Shown: piece after piece, positions 53,442 to 63,720 of the stretch
Position numbering within the stretch: position 1 is the first letter of the stretch
Layout: every line of letters starts with the position of its first letter
NCBI GenBank assembly: GCA_963823555.1
Contig: CAWGMA010000001.1
Span: forward strand, 1,056,001-1,120,000
Origin: Candidatus Eiseniibacteriota bacterium
GTDB taxonomy: Bacteria; Eisenbacteria; RBG-16-71-46; CAVPCR01
Direction of reading: 5' to 3'
Length of the DNA: 64,000 nucleotides
Position numbers and translations under genes: made by a program
Notes under the pieces: model-generated
Told to the model about the DNA's origin: nothing
Databases searched by the model: none
Seen by the model: the letters and a program-made list of their open reading frames with translations, nothing else

Positions 53442-54427
53442 GTGAAGGTCATCCACGATGTCTCGGCAGCCGAGTGGTGGGCCTGGGTCGAGAAGGCAGG
53501 AGATGCCAATTTCTTCCAGACCCCGCTCTGGGCCCAGGTCCTCGTCGAAGCGTTCCCCGACTTCCGTGTCGACACCCGCTTCTATGAGCTGAGTGACGGC
53601 ACCCGGACCCTGGTGCCCCTCATGCGCCGGAGCCGCTTCGGCGGCGCCATGGCCACGCTCGAGTCGATGCCCTTCGGTACCTATGGCGCGTTCCTCGCCG
53701 AGCGCGCTCTCGACCGCGAGGAAGTGCTGGCCATTCTCGCCGATCTCAGGCGATCGCGGCCGGCGGTCGCCCGGCTCATGATCACGCCCAATCCGCTCGG
53801 GCGCTTCCCGCTTCCCGAGGATACGTTCGAGGAACAGAACTTCGTGCACTTCCTCCGACTCGACGAAGGCTACGACCGGATCTGGCGTTTGCGATTCTCG
53901 CGCGGACTTCGCTACTCGGTTCGCAAGTCCCACCGCCGCGGCGTCCGCGCCGGGATCGAGCAAGGCGAGCCAGTGTATCTCGAGTTCTGCCGCCTCTACC
54001 ACGAGACGGCACGGACCTGGGAGCGGAAGCCGCCGTTTGGTGAGCGCTTCTTCTCCGCTGTCTCCCGGCTCGAGCCCGAGCATGCCCAGCTCTGGGTGGC
54101 GCGGCTCGAAGGGCGCATGATCGCCGGGTGCGTGATCTTCACGCTATGGCCAGCACCAGACCCCGTATGTCGGCGGTTTCGATCGGGACTTCCGCGGCTA
54201 CGATCCCAACAACCTCATGTATGCCGAGGCCATGAAGTGGGGTGCGCGCCAGGGCTACAGCTACTTCAACTTCCTGTCCTCGGCCGGCATCAAGGGCGTC
54301 GAGCATTTCAAGTCGTCGTTCGGGACACAGCGCCTGTTCTTCAATTACTACTTGTACGAGAATCCACTGCTCCGGATCTTCAGAGCACAATCCTGTGCGT
54401 GCCTTGTTCCAGCACTCGGATGGGTGA
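53442..54427 (+). CDS. FemAB-like / GNAT acyltransferase, frameshifts near 54150 and 54385
   Basis: FFQTP.W, SMPFGTYG, R..VRK..R.GV, PNNLMY.E, FNF..S.G..GV..FK.SFG; end inferred from GTGA overlap with next gene. Confidence 0.75.
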
Positions 54428-55507
54428 CGATCGTGCGCCTCGCTCTGCTCGCCAACGCCTCGGTCATCCACACTCGCCGGTGGGCTGATTGGTTCCACGC
54501 CCGCGGGCATGCTGGTGGAGCTCATATCGCTGGAGCCGGCCGGCGGTTTCGCCTATCCATGTCATGTCCTGCGCTCACGCTTGCCGTGGCGGTTTCTCCG
54601 CTATCCGTTCCTGACTCCGCGTGTGAGGCGGCTCCTGGCTCGGTTCCGGCCGGAGATCGTCAACGCTCATTTCGTGCCCAACTACGGGCTCGTCGGCGCG
54701 CTGGCGGGGTTCCGCCCCCTGGTCGTGAGCGTGTGGGGTTCGGACGTGCTCGTCTCCGGCGTGGCGTCCCCGTTGCACTCCGCCCGCGTGCGCTTCGTCT
54801 TCGATCGCGCCGACCTGGTCACGACCGATGCGGCGATGTTGACGCGGGCCGCGATCGCTCTCGGCGCCCCGCCGGGGCGCATGCTGACCGTGCCGATGGG
54901 GGTCGAGCCGGATCGTTACCGCGCAGCGCGAGAAGCGGTCCATCGCGCTGAACCGCTCGTGGTCTCGACGCGGAAGCTCGAGCCCATCTACAACCTGGGC
55001 CTCCTGGTGGCGGCGATCCCGGCGCTCCTTGCCGCCCATCCCGCAGCCCGCCTCGAAATTGCCGGAGACGGTCCCGAGCGGAGCGCGCTGGAGATGCGGG
55101 CGCGTGCCGCCGGTGGTGAGCGCGTCGCGTTCCTGGGCATGATCCCGCACGCGACGATGGCCGAGCTCCTGGGACGGGCGGCGGTCTACGTCTCGACCTC
55201 GCTCTCCGATTCGACGTCGGTCTCGCTGCTCGAGGCGATGGCTGCCGGCGCGTTCCCGGTGGTGACCGATATCGAAGCCAATCGCGAGTGGATCGAGGAC
55301 GGAGTGAATGGGTTCCTGGTACCGTTGGATGAGCCCGAGGTTCTCGCCGCGAGAATCGCCATCGCCCTGGCCGATCCCGAGCTCCGCGCCCGGGCCGCGA
55401 TCGAGAACGCGCGACGGATCGATGAGGAAGCGACCTGGGACCGGAACATGGCCAAGGTCGAGAGCGCCTTCGCGGCGCTTGCCGCCAGGGGGAAGGGGGA
55501 GCGATGA
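54424..55507 (+). CDS. Glycosyltransferase family 4, frameshift near 54510
   Basis: HTRRWA.WF..RGH, NAHFVPNYG, SVWGSDV, STRKLEPIY, SDSTSVSLLEAMAAG. Confidence 0.85.
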
Positions 55508-56967
55508 GAACCGGTTGCGGTCCGGCCCCGGAAGCGGAACCGGCTCCGCAGGCGGTCCCCATGCCCGATCGGGTCCGGCGAGAGCCCGGGTCGGAGCGCA
55601 CCCTACTGGCCGTGGCCTACTTCTTTCCCCCGCTCGGTGGCGGGGGCGTGCAGCGGACGGTGAAGTTCATCAAGTACTTGCGCCCGCTGGGCTGGCGAAC
55701 CGAGGTCGTCACGGTGCGGGCCGCCGATTACTGGGTCCTCGATCCGGGACTCGCTGCCGACGTCCCTCCCGATACGGTCATTCACCGCACGCGGGCCCTG
55801 ACAGGACTGGGGCTCATGAGCTCGGTGCGCCGGCTCTTGCCCTCCGGTGCGAAGGCGGGAGAGGGGATCGGCCCCGGTTCGGCCGCTGAACCGGGCGGAC
55901 GCAAGCCCGCTGCGGCCGTGCGCTCGAGCGGCACCTTCCGTCGCCTGCGCCAGCTCGCGAGCTTCTTCTTGATCCCGGATGCCTATGCCGGCTGGTTCCC
56001 GTTCGCCCTCGATGCCGCCGCGAAGCGTCTGGCCGCCGGCGGCATCGATGTGCTCTTCACGACCTCGTCACCGGATACCTCCCATCTCGTCGGGCTCGTG
56101 CTGCGCGAGCGCCACCCGGTGCCCTGGGTGGCCGACTTCCGCGATCCCTGGGTGCGCCGCCTGACGTTTGCCGCACCGACTCGAGCCCACGAGAGGCTTC
56201 ATCACTGGCTCGAACGGCGGGTTCTCGAAAGGGCCGATCGCGTGATCGTGACCAATGACGAGACCCGCGATGATTTCCTGCGGCGCCATCCGATGATTCC
56301 ATTCACCCGCTTCGCCGTGATCCCCAATGGATATGACCCGGAAGATCTCGCGGCGCCCGGGCTGTCGTCGCCGCGCCCGGCGCCGGGACCGGCAACCGAT
56401 GATCGCCCCCTCGTTCTGGTCCATACCGGCCTCTTGTCGGGACGGCGCACGATGGCCCCGTTGCTGGCGGGGATCGAACGTCTCCTTGCCATTCGCCCCG
56501 AGCTGCGTCCCCGGCTCTGCGTGCGCCAGGTGGGACCGCGCGAGAGCGTGAACGACGAGCTCGTTCTGGCCTCCGGTCTCAAGGAGATCGTGACGTTCAT
56601 GCCCCCGGTGGATCACCGCCAGGTCCTCGCCGAGATGGTCGCGGCGGATGCCCTCCTCCTGCTCGAGGCCGATGAGCCCAAGGGAAGCCTCATCACTCCC
56701 GGCAAGATCTTCGAGTACCTGGCCAGCGGTCGTCCCCTCCTGGCCCTGGTCCCGGAAGGACCCGCTGCAACGCTCGTGCGGGCCGCCGGTGGGGGAGAGG
56801 TGGTCCCGCCCGGCGCCAGCGGCCCCATCGCCGAGGTCCTCGCCCGCTGGCTCGATCACGGGCCTCCGATCTCCCCCTCGCGCACGGCGCTGCTTGCCGG
56901 CTACGCAAGGCCGGTCCTTGCCGCCCGGCTGGCCACACTGCTCGACTCGGTGAGGCGGGAGGGCTAG
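55504..56967 (+). CDS. Glycosyltransferase family 4
   Basis: AYFFPP.GG.GVQR..KF.KYL, IPDAY.GW, ADFRDPW, IPNGYD, PGKIFEYL; start may be 55561. Confidence 0.88.
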   Translation: MRTGCGPAPEAEPAPQAVPMPDRVRREPGSERTLLAVAYFFPPLGGGGVQRTVKFIKYLRPLGWRTEVVTVRAADYWVLDPGLAADVPPDTVIHRTRALTGLGLMSSVRRLLPSGAKAGEGIGPGSAAEPGGRKPAAAVRSSGTFRRLRQLASFFLIPDAYAGWFPFALDAAAKRLAAGGIDVLFTTSSPDTSHLVGLVLRERHPVPWVADFRDPWVRRLTFAAPTRAHERLHHWLERRVLERADRVIVTNDETRDDFLRRHPMIPFTRFAVIPNGYDPEDLAAPGLSSPRPAPGPATDDRPLVLVHTGLLSGRRTMAPLLAGIERLLAIRPELRPRLCVRQVGPRESVNDELVLASGLKEIVTFMPPVDHRQVLAEMVAADALLLLEADEPKGSLITPGKIFEYLASGRPLLALVPEGPAATLVRAAGGGEVVPPGASGPIAEVLARWLDHGPPISPSRTALLAGYARPVLAARLATLLDSVRREG

Positions 56968-56990
56968 AGTGCGTCCAGAGGGATCCCATC

Positions 56991-58115
56991 ATGCGCATCG
57001 GGTTCATGCTCCGCAACCTGCGGGAGCAGGGCGGGATCAAGGTCTATACGATCAACGTGCTCGGGGAGCTGCTCGCTCTCCGGGCCCGTCACGAGTATTT
57101 CTTCCTCTATGATCACCCCGATCTTCTGGGATCCTATGCTGGCCGGCCGGGGGTCACCGAGGTCCTCGTCCGCTTCCCGACCAAGCTAGGCTGGGACCAG
57201 ATCGCCGTGCCGTGGATGGCGCGCCGGCTCGACCTCGATCTCATCGTCAATCCCAAGCTCTCGGTGCCGGTCCTCTCCGGGCGGCCGACGGTGTTCACGC
57301 TCCATGGCGCCGAGCAGTTCGCCGTCCCCGAGCTCTTCGGGCGTCTCGATCACCTCTATACATCGGTCATGATGCCGATCTACTGCCGGCGGGCCGCGGC
57401 CATCATCTCGACGACGCACATGGGTGTCGATGACATCGTGCGCTACGTCGGGGCTGATCGCCGAAAGCTCCACCCCGTGCACGAGGCGGCACACGTCCGG
57501 TTCCGTCGCCTCCCATCCGAGGCTCTGCCGCCGATCAAGGAGCGATACGGTCTGCCCGATCGCTTCATTCTCTTCGTCGGAGGCTTGAGTCCCCTCAAGA
57601 ACTTCTCCAACTTGCTCAATGCGTTCCACCTCATCCGTTCCGAGATCCCGCACCATCTCGTCGACGTGGGTTTCCTGCGCTGGAAGTACGAGCATGACGT
57701 TCATCTCATCGACGAGCTCGGGCTGGGCGATCGTGTGCTGCGAACCGGCTTCGTGCCGGACGAGGATCTTCCGGCGATCTACAATCTGGCGGATCTCCTC
57801 GTCCTGCCCTCGCTCTACGAGGGGTTCGGGATTCCGGTGCTCGAGGCCATGGCATCAGGATGCCCGGTGCTGACGTCGAAGACGGGGTGCACTCCTGAAG
57901 TGGCGGGAGACGCCGCGGTGCTCGTCGATCCCTACCGGCCACATGAGATCGCCGAGGGCATCCACCGCTTGCTCACCGACCAGGCGTTGCGCTCCGAGCT
58001 CATTGCTCGCGGCTATGTCCAGGCCGCCCGCTTCAGCTGGGCGAAGGCAGCGCGTGAATCGCTCGCGGTCTACGAGCTTGCCGCCCAGGCACGCGCAAGC
58101 AAATCCCGGACATGA
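56991..58115 (+). CDS. Glycosyltransferase family 4 (mannosyltransferase-like)
   Basis: FILFVG...PLKN, PSLYEGFGIPVLEAMASGCPV, EVAGDAA, FSW.KAA. Confidence 0.9.
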   Translation: MRIGFMLRNLREQGGIKVYTINVLGELLALRARHEYFFLYDHPDLLGSYAGRPGVTEVLVRFPTKLGWDQIAVPWMARRLDLDLIVNPKLSVPVLSGRPTVFTLHGAEQFAVPELFGRLDHLYTSVMMPIYCRRAAAIISTTHMGVDDIVRYVGADRRKLHPVHEAAHVRFRRLPSEALPPIKERYGLPDRFILFVGGLSPLKNFSNLLNAFHLIRSEIPHHLVDVGFLRWKYEHDVHLIDELGLGDRVLRTGFVPDEDLPAIYNLADLLVLPSLYEGFGIPVLEAMASGCPVLTSKTGCTPEVAGDAAVLVDPYRPHEIAEGIHRLLTDQALRSELIARGYVQAARFSWAKAARESLAVYELAAQARASKSRT

Positions 58116-59053
58116 ACCCCCAGTCGCCGGGAAGGCGCCGGCTCGCGCTCTATGCACGCATCGTGTTGAGCGCGGTCGCGCTCTTCCTCGTTCTGCGCGT
58201 GATCAGCGGGCGCGAGGTCCTGGCCGCGCTGGCCGGGGCGCGCCCGGTCTGGCTGGTCCTGGCCGGCCTCATCGTGGTGCTCGACCGCATCCTGATGGGA
58301 TGGAAGTGGGGCATCCTGCTCGCCGCCCAGGGTGTGGTGCGTCCACTCGGCGAGCTCGTGCGCGCCTACTTCATCTCGACCTTCTACGGGACCTTCCTTC
58401 CCACCGGGATCGGTGGCGACGTGATCCGCGTGGTCCAGGTCTCGCATGGCCGCGCCGCGGCGATGGCGGTGACCGCCTCGGTCGTGATGGAGCGGGCGCT
58501 GGGTCTCGTTGCCCTCACCGTGCTCGTCGTGCTCACGGCGGCGACCTACATCGTCGTGGCCCACGCCCATCTGATCCCGCTGCTCACCATGGCCGTCGCC
58601 CTGACGGTCGTGGGCGTGGGCGGCCTGGCCTATGCGCTCCATGGCCCCTTGCTCAAGGGTCTGCCCGGTCGCCTGGAGCGCTTCGTGACCGCTTTCCGCG
58701 TCTATGCCGGGCAGCGGGGAGCATTGACCCGCTTCTTCTGGTGGTCCTTCGTCGAGCAGCTGGTGCCCGTGGTGGCGGTCTACTGCCAGGCCAGAGCCCT
58801 GAGCATCGACTTGAGCTTCTGGGTCTTCCTGGTGGTCGTGCCGCTCGACATGTTCATCACGCGGATCCCGATCTCGGTGGATGCGATCGGGATCCGCGAG
58901 GGCCTCTACGTCGCGCTCTTCGGCCAGGCCGGACTGGGGCCGAGCGAGGCTTTCCTGCTCGCCCTGGTCGGGCGCGCCGTGACCTTGCTTGGCCTCCTGC
59001 CCGGAGCCTTCCTCCGGGCCCGATCCGGTGGTGAGGACCTGGCCTCAGCGTAG
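58112..59053 (+). CDS. Lysylphosphatidylglycerol-synthase TM domain protein (AglD2/UPF0104 putative flippase)
   Basis: KW.ILL, FLPTGIGGD..R, ER..G, PIS...IG.REG; ~8 TMs. Confidence 0.85.
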   Translation: MNPQSPGRRRLALYARIVLSAVALFLVLRVISGREVLAALAGARPVWLVLAGLIVVLDRILMGWKWGILLAAQGVVRPLGELVRAYFISTFYGTFLPTGIGGDVIRVVQVSHGRAAAMAVTASVVMERALGLVALTVLVVLTAATYIVVAHAHLIPLLTMAVALTVVGVGGLAYALHGPLLKGLPGRLERFVTAFRVYAGQRGALTRFFWWSFVEQLVPVVAVYCQARALSIDLSFWVFLVVVPLDMFITRIPISVDAIGIREGLYVALFGQAGLGPSEAFLLALVGRAVTLLGLLPGAFLRARSGGEDLASA

Positions 59054-62000
59054 GAGGAGGAGCTTCCGGCTCGTCTGGAAGTCCCCGACGACGAGGCGAG
59101 CGAAGTAGACCCCGGAGCTCGCGCGTTCCCCTCCGGCCGTCCGCCCATCCCAGGTGGCGATGTGGCTGCCGGCGGCGAGCGGGCCCCGCAGGACCTCGCT
59201 CACGCGGCGACCGCTGGCATCGAAGATCAGGAGCTCGACCGTAGCCGGAGCTGGCAGGTCGAAGCGGATCGATGCTGGCGGGGTTGCGGGGTTCGGTGCC
59301 ACGGGATGGAGCGCGAGGACGAGTCCGGGCGCGGAAGCCATGACCGGGCCGTAGCGCTCGCTCGATCCATCCAGCCCCACGGCCTCGATCCAGTAGCGGT
59401 AGCTCTGGCTCGGTGTCACCGCGCGATCGGTGAACGTGTACGGACTGCGTCCGGTGACCAGGGCATCGGCAGCCGTGAGGCGCACGAGGGATCCCGCCGC
59501 GTCCTCGGCGCGCCAGACATGGAACCCGAGGTGGTCGCGCTCGTACGAGGTGGCCCATTCGATGACGATGGCGCCAGGCTCGGTGCGTGCGCTCAGGCTC
59601 GAGAGCTCCACGGGCGAGAAGGTCGTCGTCCGGAAGCGGTGCCAGCCGTTCTCGTTGAAGCTCGAGTTGGGACCATCGGTCGCCCGGACCCGCCACACGT
59701 AATCTGTCGCCAGCGCGAGGGGGGTCGGCCAGGCGGCCGTGGTGTCGGTGAGGGCGGCCACCGAGTCGGCGGTCGCGAACGAGGAATCGGTCCCGACGTA
59801 CACGGTGTAGCGCAGGCCGGGTTCGCCGGCGGCGCGCCAGCGGAACGTCGGTGCAACGGCGACCCCCGTATCCTGGTGGGCGGGCACGAGAAGCGCAAAC
59901 GAGGTCGGGGGCGGTCCGAAGTTGAAGGCGGTCATGGTGAAATCGTCGAGGCTGTTGGCATACCCACCGCGCAACGCCACGCCCGCGTAGAGTACGGTGC
60001 CGTTGCCCTGGCGGCGGTTGGGATCGGACAGTCGCGAGTGGAACACGCCGTCGACGGAGATATCGAAGTGGTGTCCCGCGGCGTCACTCGACAAGGCGAC
60101 CTTGAAGCGCTTGCCCGGGCCCGGCGGATCCGTTTGCCCCGCGGCGTCGGCCAGGGGGGAAGTCGCGTTGCCGTTGTTGATCTGGGCTAGCTGGCTCCGG
60201 TTGGTCACCGGATCGATATAGACGAAGTAGCCGCTGGGGTTGCCGGTGGTGTTGTTGAGGCGGAGCGCGAGACCACCGCGCCGGATCCCATCCAAGTTGG
60301 CCGACGGGCTCCAGGTGAACTCGACGGCATCGGGGTTGGAGCGTGCGGCGTAGACGGCGATGTCGAAGGTCGAGCCGTTCGCCGTGTTCTTGAGTTCATT
60401 GCTCACGATCTTGATGACGTTGGTGTCACCTGACCAGTTGGGGCCGAGCTCGGCCCGGTTGAAGTCGTCGATGAAGGTGAGGATCGGAGCGAACTGGAAG
60501 GACCAGGTCTGGATCGAGGGTGCCGTGGCTCCGGCGCCGTCGGTCACGACCACGCGCCAGTAGATCGGTTCCCCGGAAACGAGGTTCCCCGAATAGGTGG
60601 TCTCGGTGCTCGTGGTCGGCGGCAGGCTGTCGGGCGAGGCGAAGCCGGGATCGGTGTCGTAGATCACGGTGTAGGAGAGCTGGTCGCCCGGATTCGGGTC
60701 GTTCGCGGCTTCCCAGCGCAAGAGTGGCGACAGCGAGTAGATGAGCGAGCCGTCGGCGGGCTCCAGGAGAGCGAACGGCTCGGGCGGCAGGTTCAGGTTC
60801 GCGCCCATGGCGGCGAAGGACTCGACGTTGTTGGCCGCGTTCTCGCCGAGCAGCAGTCCCGAGTAGGTGGCCGGGGCCAGGCCGTAGCGGCGCTGGGAGT
60901 CGGTCATGCGCGCATCGAATACACCGTTCACGTAGCAATCGAAGATGTGCGCGCTCGCCGTCTTCGTGAACACGACCCGGATCACGTCCCCCGGTCCGGG
61001 TAGCGGGCCGCGGCCCGGCTGATCGATGCCGAGGGAGCCGGACAGGACACCATTGACGACCGCGAACACGCCCCAGCGCTGCGCTCCGATCGAATTACGG
61101 AAGACGAAATAGCCGTTGGCCGTGGCGGTGTTGGCGTCGAGGCCAATGAGGCCTCCGGCCTGGCCCAGGGCCACCGGGTCGGCCGTCTCGCTCCACTGCC
61201 ATTCGATCGACACCGGGTTCTCGGCCAGCCGGTAGGTGGCGATGTTCGAGTAGCCGGGCTCGAGGCCGTCGAGCTCGCCGTTGCTCAGGGCATAGGCGCC
61301 TGGAGTCACGGTCCAGTTGGGCCCGATGGCGGTGCGTTCGAAGTCATCCCCCAGCTGCTGGATGTTCCCGGTCGAGAAGCTGCGCGTGGTCGTCGAGTAG
61401 GTGAAGGCGCCCTGCGGGTCCTCCGCCCTCACCTTCCAGTAGAAGGTCCGGTTGGGCAGGATCGGCTCGCCCTGGGCGAAGAAGCTCTCGGTGAGATCCG
61501 CAACGGTGGTGGTCGTGCTGGGGGAGAACCCGGGGTCGGTCGAGTAGTAGAGCGTGTAGGTGATCGGGTCCCCGTTGGGGTCGAGGGAGTTCTGCCAGTC
61601 GAAGTACGGGTTCAGGTTGGCCAGGGTGATGCCGTTCGCAGGGGCCAGCAGATCGAACGGGGACGGCGGGAGGTTGACCGGGTTGGTTTCGACCTGCCAG
61701 TTCGCCACGTTGTTGTTGAGCTGGCCGTCGCCGATCACGCCGCACCAGTAGGTCCCGTTGCCGCGCCGCTTCTGGGGGTCCGTGACCACGGCGTCCGGCT
61801 GGCCGTTGATGAAGGCGGAGAAGTGGTGGCCGGTGGCATCGGTGGTGAGCACGACCTTGAAGCGGTCGCCCGCCTGCGGACCCGCGGCGGCGCCCGGGCT
61901 CGTGGCGATGAGCGCTCCGGGCTGACCGTTCACGACCTCGCGCAGGACCACGGTCTGATCGGTGGGCTCGGTGTTGCGGTACACGATGTAGCCGTCGGCG

Positions 62001-63376
62001 GTCGCCGGGTCGGTGCCTTCCATGCGGCAGGCGATGCCGGCCTGGTCGATGCCGGTGGCATCGGCACCGTCCCCCCATGTGATCTCGACCGAAGCCACAT
62101 CCTGCTGGTAGGTGAAGATGGCGGTGGCGAATCCGGCGGCGGTGTTCTCCAGCTCGGCGCCGTTGACCACGAAATCAGGACCGCGCCAGTCCGGACCGGG
62201 AGCGGGCATGTTCCGCGAGAACGAATCGGCGTACGAGTTGGGATCGACGATGGTGCTTCCGGAGGCGACGTTGGACATCGCCGACAGGTTGCCTGCGTCA
62301 TCCATCAGCTTCAGCGCGAAGTTGTAGCTGGTGGACGGCGCGAGACCGGAGAGGCGGGTTCCGGTGAGGGCGAGCCCGGGACCGATTCGCTCGTAGTCCC
62401 CACCCTGGTTCTGGGCTCGGAAGTTGGCGGCCGAGATACTACCGGTCGCATAGCGGGCGTCGGCATAGGCGGGGTTCCCCGACAGGCCGTCATCCCCGGT
62501 GTTGGTCCAGATGAGGAGCACCCTGTCGCCGCTCACCGTGCCCACCGCCAGGTCGTCGACGGCATCCGGTGGGGTCGCGTCGTTGACCGCCTCGCGCACG
62601 GCCGTGAGGTAGACATCGGCCATCTCGCTGTAGCCGCGGTCATTGGGATGGAGATTGTCGTACATCCAGTCGTTGGGACCGCCGGAGAAGAGGTCGGGGT
62701 TGGTCAGGAAATGCTGGTAATGGTCGGCCAGGGTGACGCGTTCGGGCGTGCCGGTGGCAGCCCCGTTGCGGTAGTCGAGCACCATGCGCACGACCTCGCG
62801 GTTGAAGGTCTGCGTGTCCTCGGCCCGTCCGCCCAGGGGAATGACGCGGCTCACCACCACGCGACCGACCCCCTCGGACAGGGCATATTCGATGAGAGCC
62901 CCCAGATCGCCACTGGCCGTCGTGGTCGGAGTCGAGTGGTTGGTCGACCACGGCGCGTAGGGTCCGGGGGTGGAGTTCAGGTCATTGGTGCCGAGGTGGA
63001 TGGCGATGACCTCGGGGGTGTGACCGGCAATCACCGGCCCCAGATCATAGGTGCCGCCGGAGAGGAAGTTCTCGATGCGGGATCCTCCGTTGAAGAACCC
63101 GCGGTAGGGATCGGTGCCCGAGGGGCCGACGAAGTCATAGGTGCCGACCGCGTTCAGGTACTGATGGAGCAGAGGTCGGAAGCCGCGGTCGTCCGTCGAC
63201 CGCACGCCATGGGTGATCGAGTCGCCGGTCGGCATGAAGCGTACGGCCGTTGCCGCTGGGGCCAGGGCGGCAAGGAGGAGGATTGCGAGGCCGGTGCCCT
63301 GCGTGATCGCGGCCGGGCGGAGGCGCGAGGCATCCGGATTCGGAAGCAGGGCGAAGAGACTCTGGATCCAGCGCAC
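59045..63376 (-). CDS. Large secreted multidomain protein: SGNH/GDSL hydrolase - FN3 - 3x(beta-sandwich + Ig-like) - PVEL linker - FlgD/T9SS-like CTD
   Basis: RBS AAAGGAG before GTG 63376; signal-like LAILLLAALAPAATA; SGNH blocks GDSITHG, HLGTND, DNLHPN; repeats DSFSR/DDFER/DDFNR..GP.W and NLPP.PF.LL.P; SPVEL; PNP...SSGVYFARL...KLLLLR. Confidence 0.88.
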   Translation of the reverse strand: MRWIQSLFALLPNPDASRLRPAAITQGTGLAILLLAALAPAATAVRFMPTGDSITHGVRSTDDRGFRPLLHQYLNAVGTYDFVGPSGTDPYRGFFNGGSRIENFLSGGTYDLGPVIAGHTPEVIAIHLGTNDLNSTPGPYAPWSTNHSTPTTTASGDLGALIEYALSEGVGRVVVSRVIPLGGRAEDTQTFNREVVRMVLDYRNGAATGTPERVTLADHYQHFLTNPDLFSGGPNDWMYDNLHPNDRGYSEMADVYLTAVREAVNDATPPDAVDDLAVGTVSGDRVLLIWTNTGDDGLSGNPAYADARYATGSISAANFRAQNQGGDYERIGPGLALTGTRLSGLAPSTSYNFALKLMDDAGNLSAMSNVASGSTIVDPNSYADSFSRNMPAPGPDWRGPDFVVNGAELENTAAGFATAIFTYQQDVASVEITWGDGADATGIDQAGIACRMEGTDPATADGYIVYRNTEPTDQTVVLREVVNGQPGALIATSPGAAAGPQAGDRFKVVLTTDATGHHFSAFINGQPDAVVTDPQKRRGNGTYWCGVIGDGQLNNNVANWQVETNPVNLPPSPFDLLAPANGITLANLNPYFDWQNSLDPNGDPITYTLYYSTDPGFSPSTTTTVADLTESFFAQGEPILPNRTFYWKVRAEDPQGAFTYSTTTRSFSTGNIQQLGDDFERTAIGPNWTVTPGAYALSNGELDGLEPGYSNIATYRLAENPVSIEWQWSETADPVALGQAGGLIGLDANTATANGYFVFRNSIGAQRWGVFAVVNGVLSGSLGIDQPGRGPLPGPGDVIRVVFTKTASAHIFDCYVNGVFDARMTDSQRRYGLAPATYSGLLLGENAANNVESFAAMGANLNLPPEPFALLEPADGSLIYSLSPLLRWEAANDPNPGDQLSYTVIYDTDPGFASPDSLPPTTSTETTYSGNLVSGEPIYWRVVVTDGAGATAPSIQTWSFQFAPILTFIDDFNRAELGPNWSGDTNVIKIVSNELKNTANGSTFDIAVYAARSNPDAVEFTWSPSANLDGIRRGGLALRLNNTTGNPSGYFVYIDPVTNRSQLAQINNGNATSPLADAAGQTDPPGPGKRFKVALSSDAAGHHFDISVDGVFHSRLSDPNRRQGNGTVLYAGVALRGGYANSLDDFTMTAFNFGPPPTSFALLVPAHQDTGVAVAPTFRWRAAGEPGLRYTVYVGTDSSFATADSVAALTDTTAAWPTPLALATDYVWRVRATDGPNSSFNENGWHRFRTTTFSPVELSSLSARTEPGAIVIEWATSYERDHLGFHVWRAEDAAGSLVRLTAADALVTGRSPYTFTDRAVTPSQSYRYWIEAVGLDGSSERYGPVMASAPGLVLALHPVAPNPATPPASIRFDLPAPATVELLIFDASGRRVSEVLRGPLAAGSHIATWDGRTAGGERASSGVYFARLVVGDFQTSRKLLLLR

Positions 63377-63720
63377 GGGTGGTGTCACTCCTTTCGCCTT
63401 GACGATCCCATGACCGGGGCGAAAACCGCACCGGAACCGAAAAGCATGCGTCAACCCGCAGCCTGTGTGTTCCGGGAGCAGGCAGGAGCCGATTCCTGCG
63501 GGAGTGTTTGATTCCCCGCGCCGGAGCCCCGAGCTCCTGCTGGGTTCGGCGCGGGATCTTAGCCGGTTCGGGCGGGGGAGGCCAGTGGGCTTTTTGCGGG
63601 GGGCGGTGAAAATCCGAGCGCCCCCGCCGTCCCCCGTCATGTTCCCTAGGTGGTTTGCCTGTCTGTAGTTGTCCGATCCTGGGTGGTCACCTGGGGGATG
63701 GGGCAGGGCAGGCGGGCATT

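Noticed and set aside
63591..63660. GGCAAACC on the minus strand (c-di-GMP-I riboswitch-like) and a GC hairpin next to TTTTT upstream of the SGNH gene
   Set aside because: The remaining riboswitch consensus is missing, and the T-run is on the wrong side of the hairpin for an intrinsic terminator
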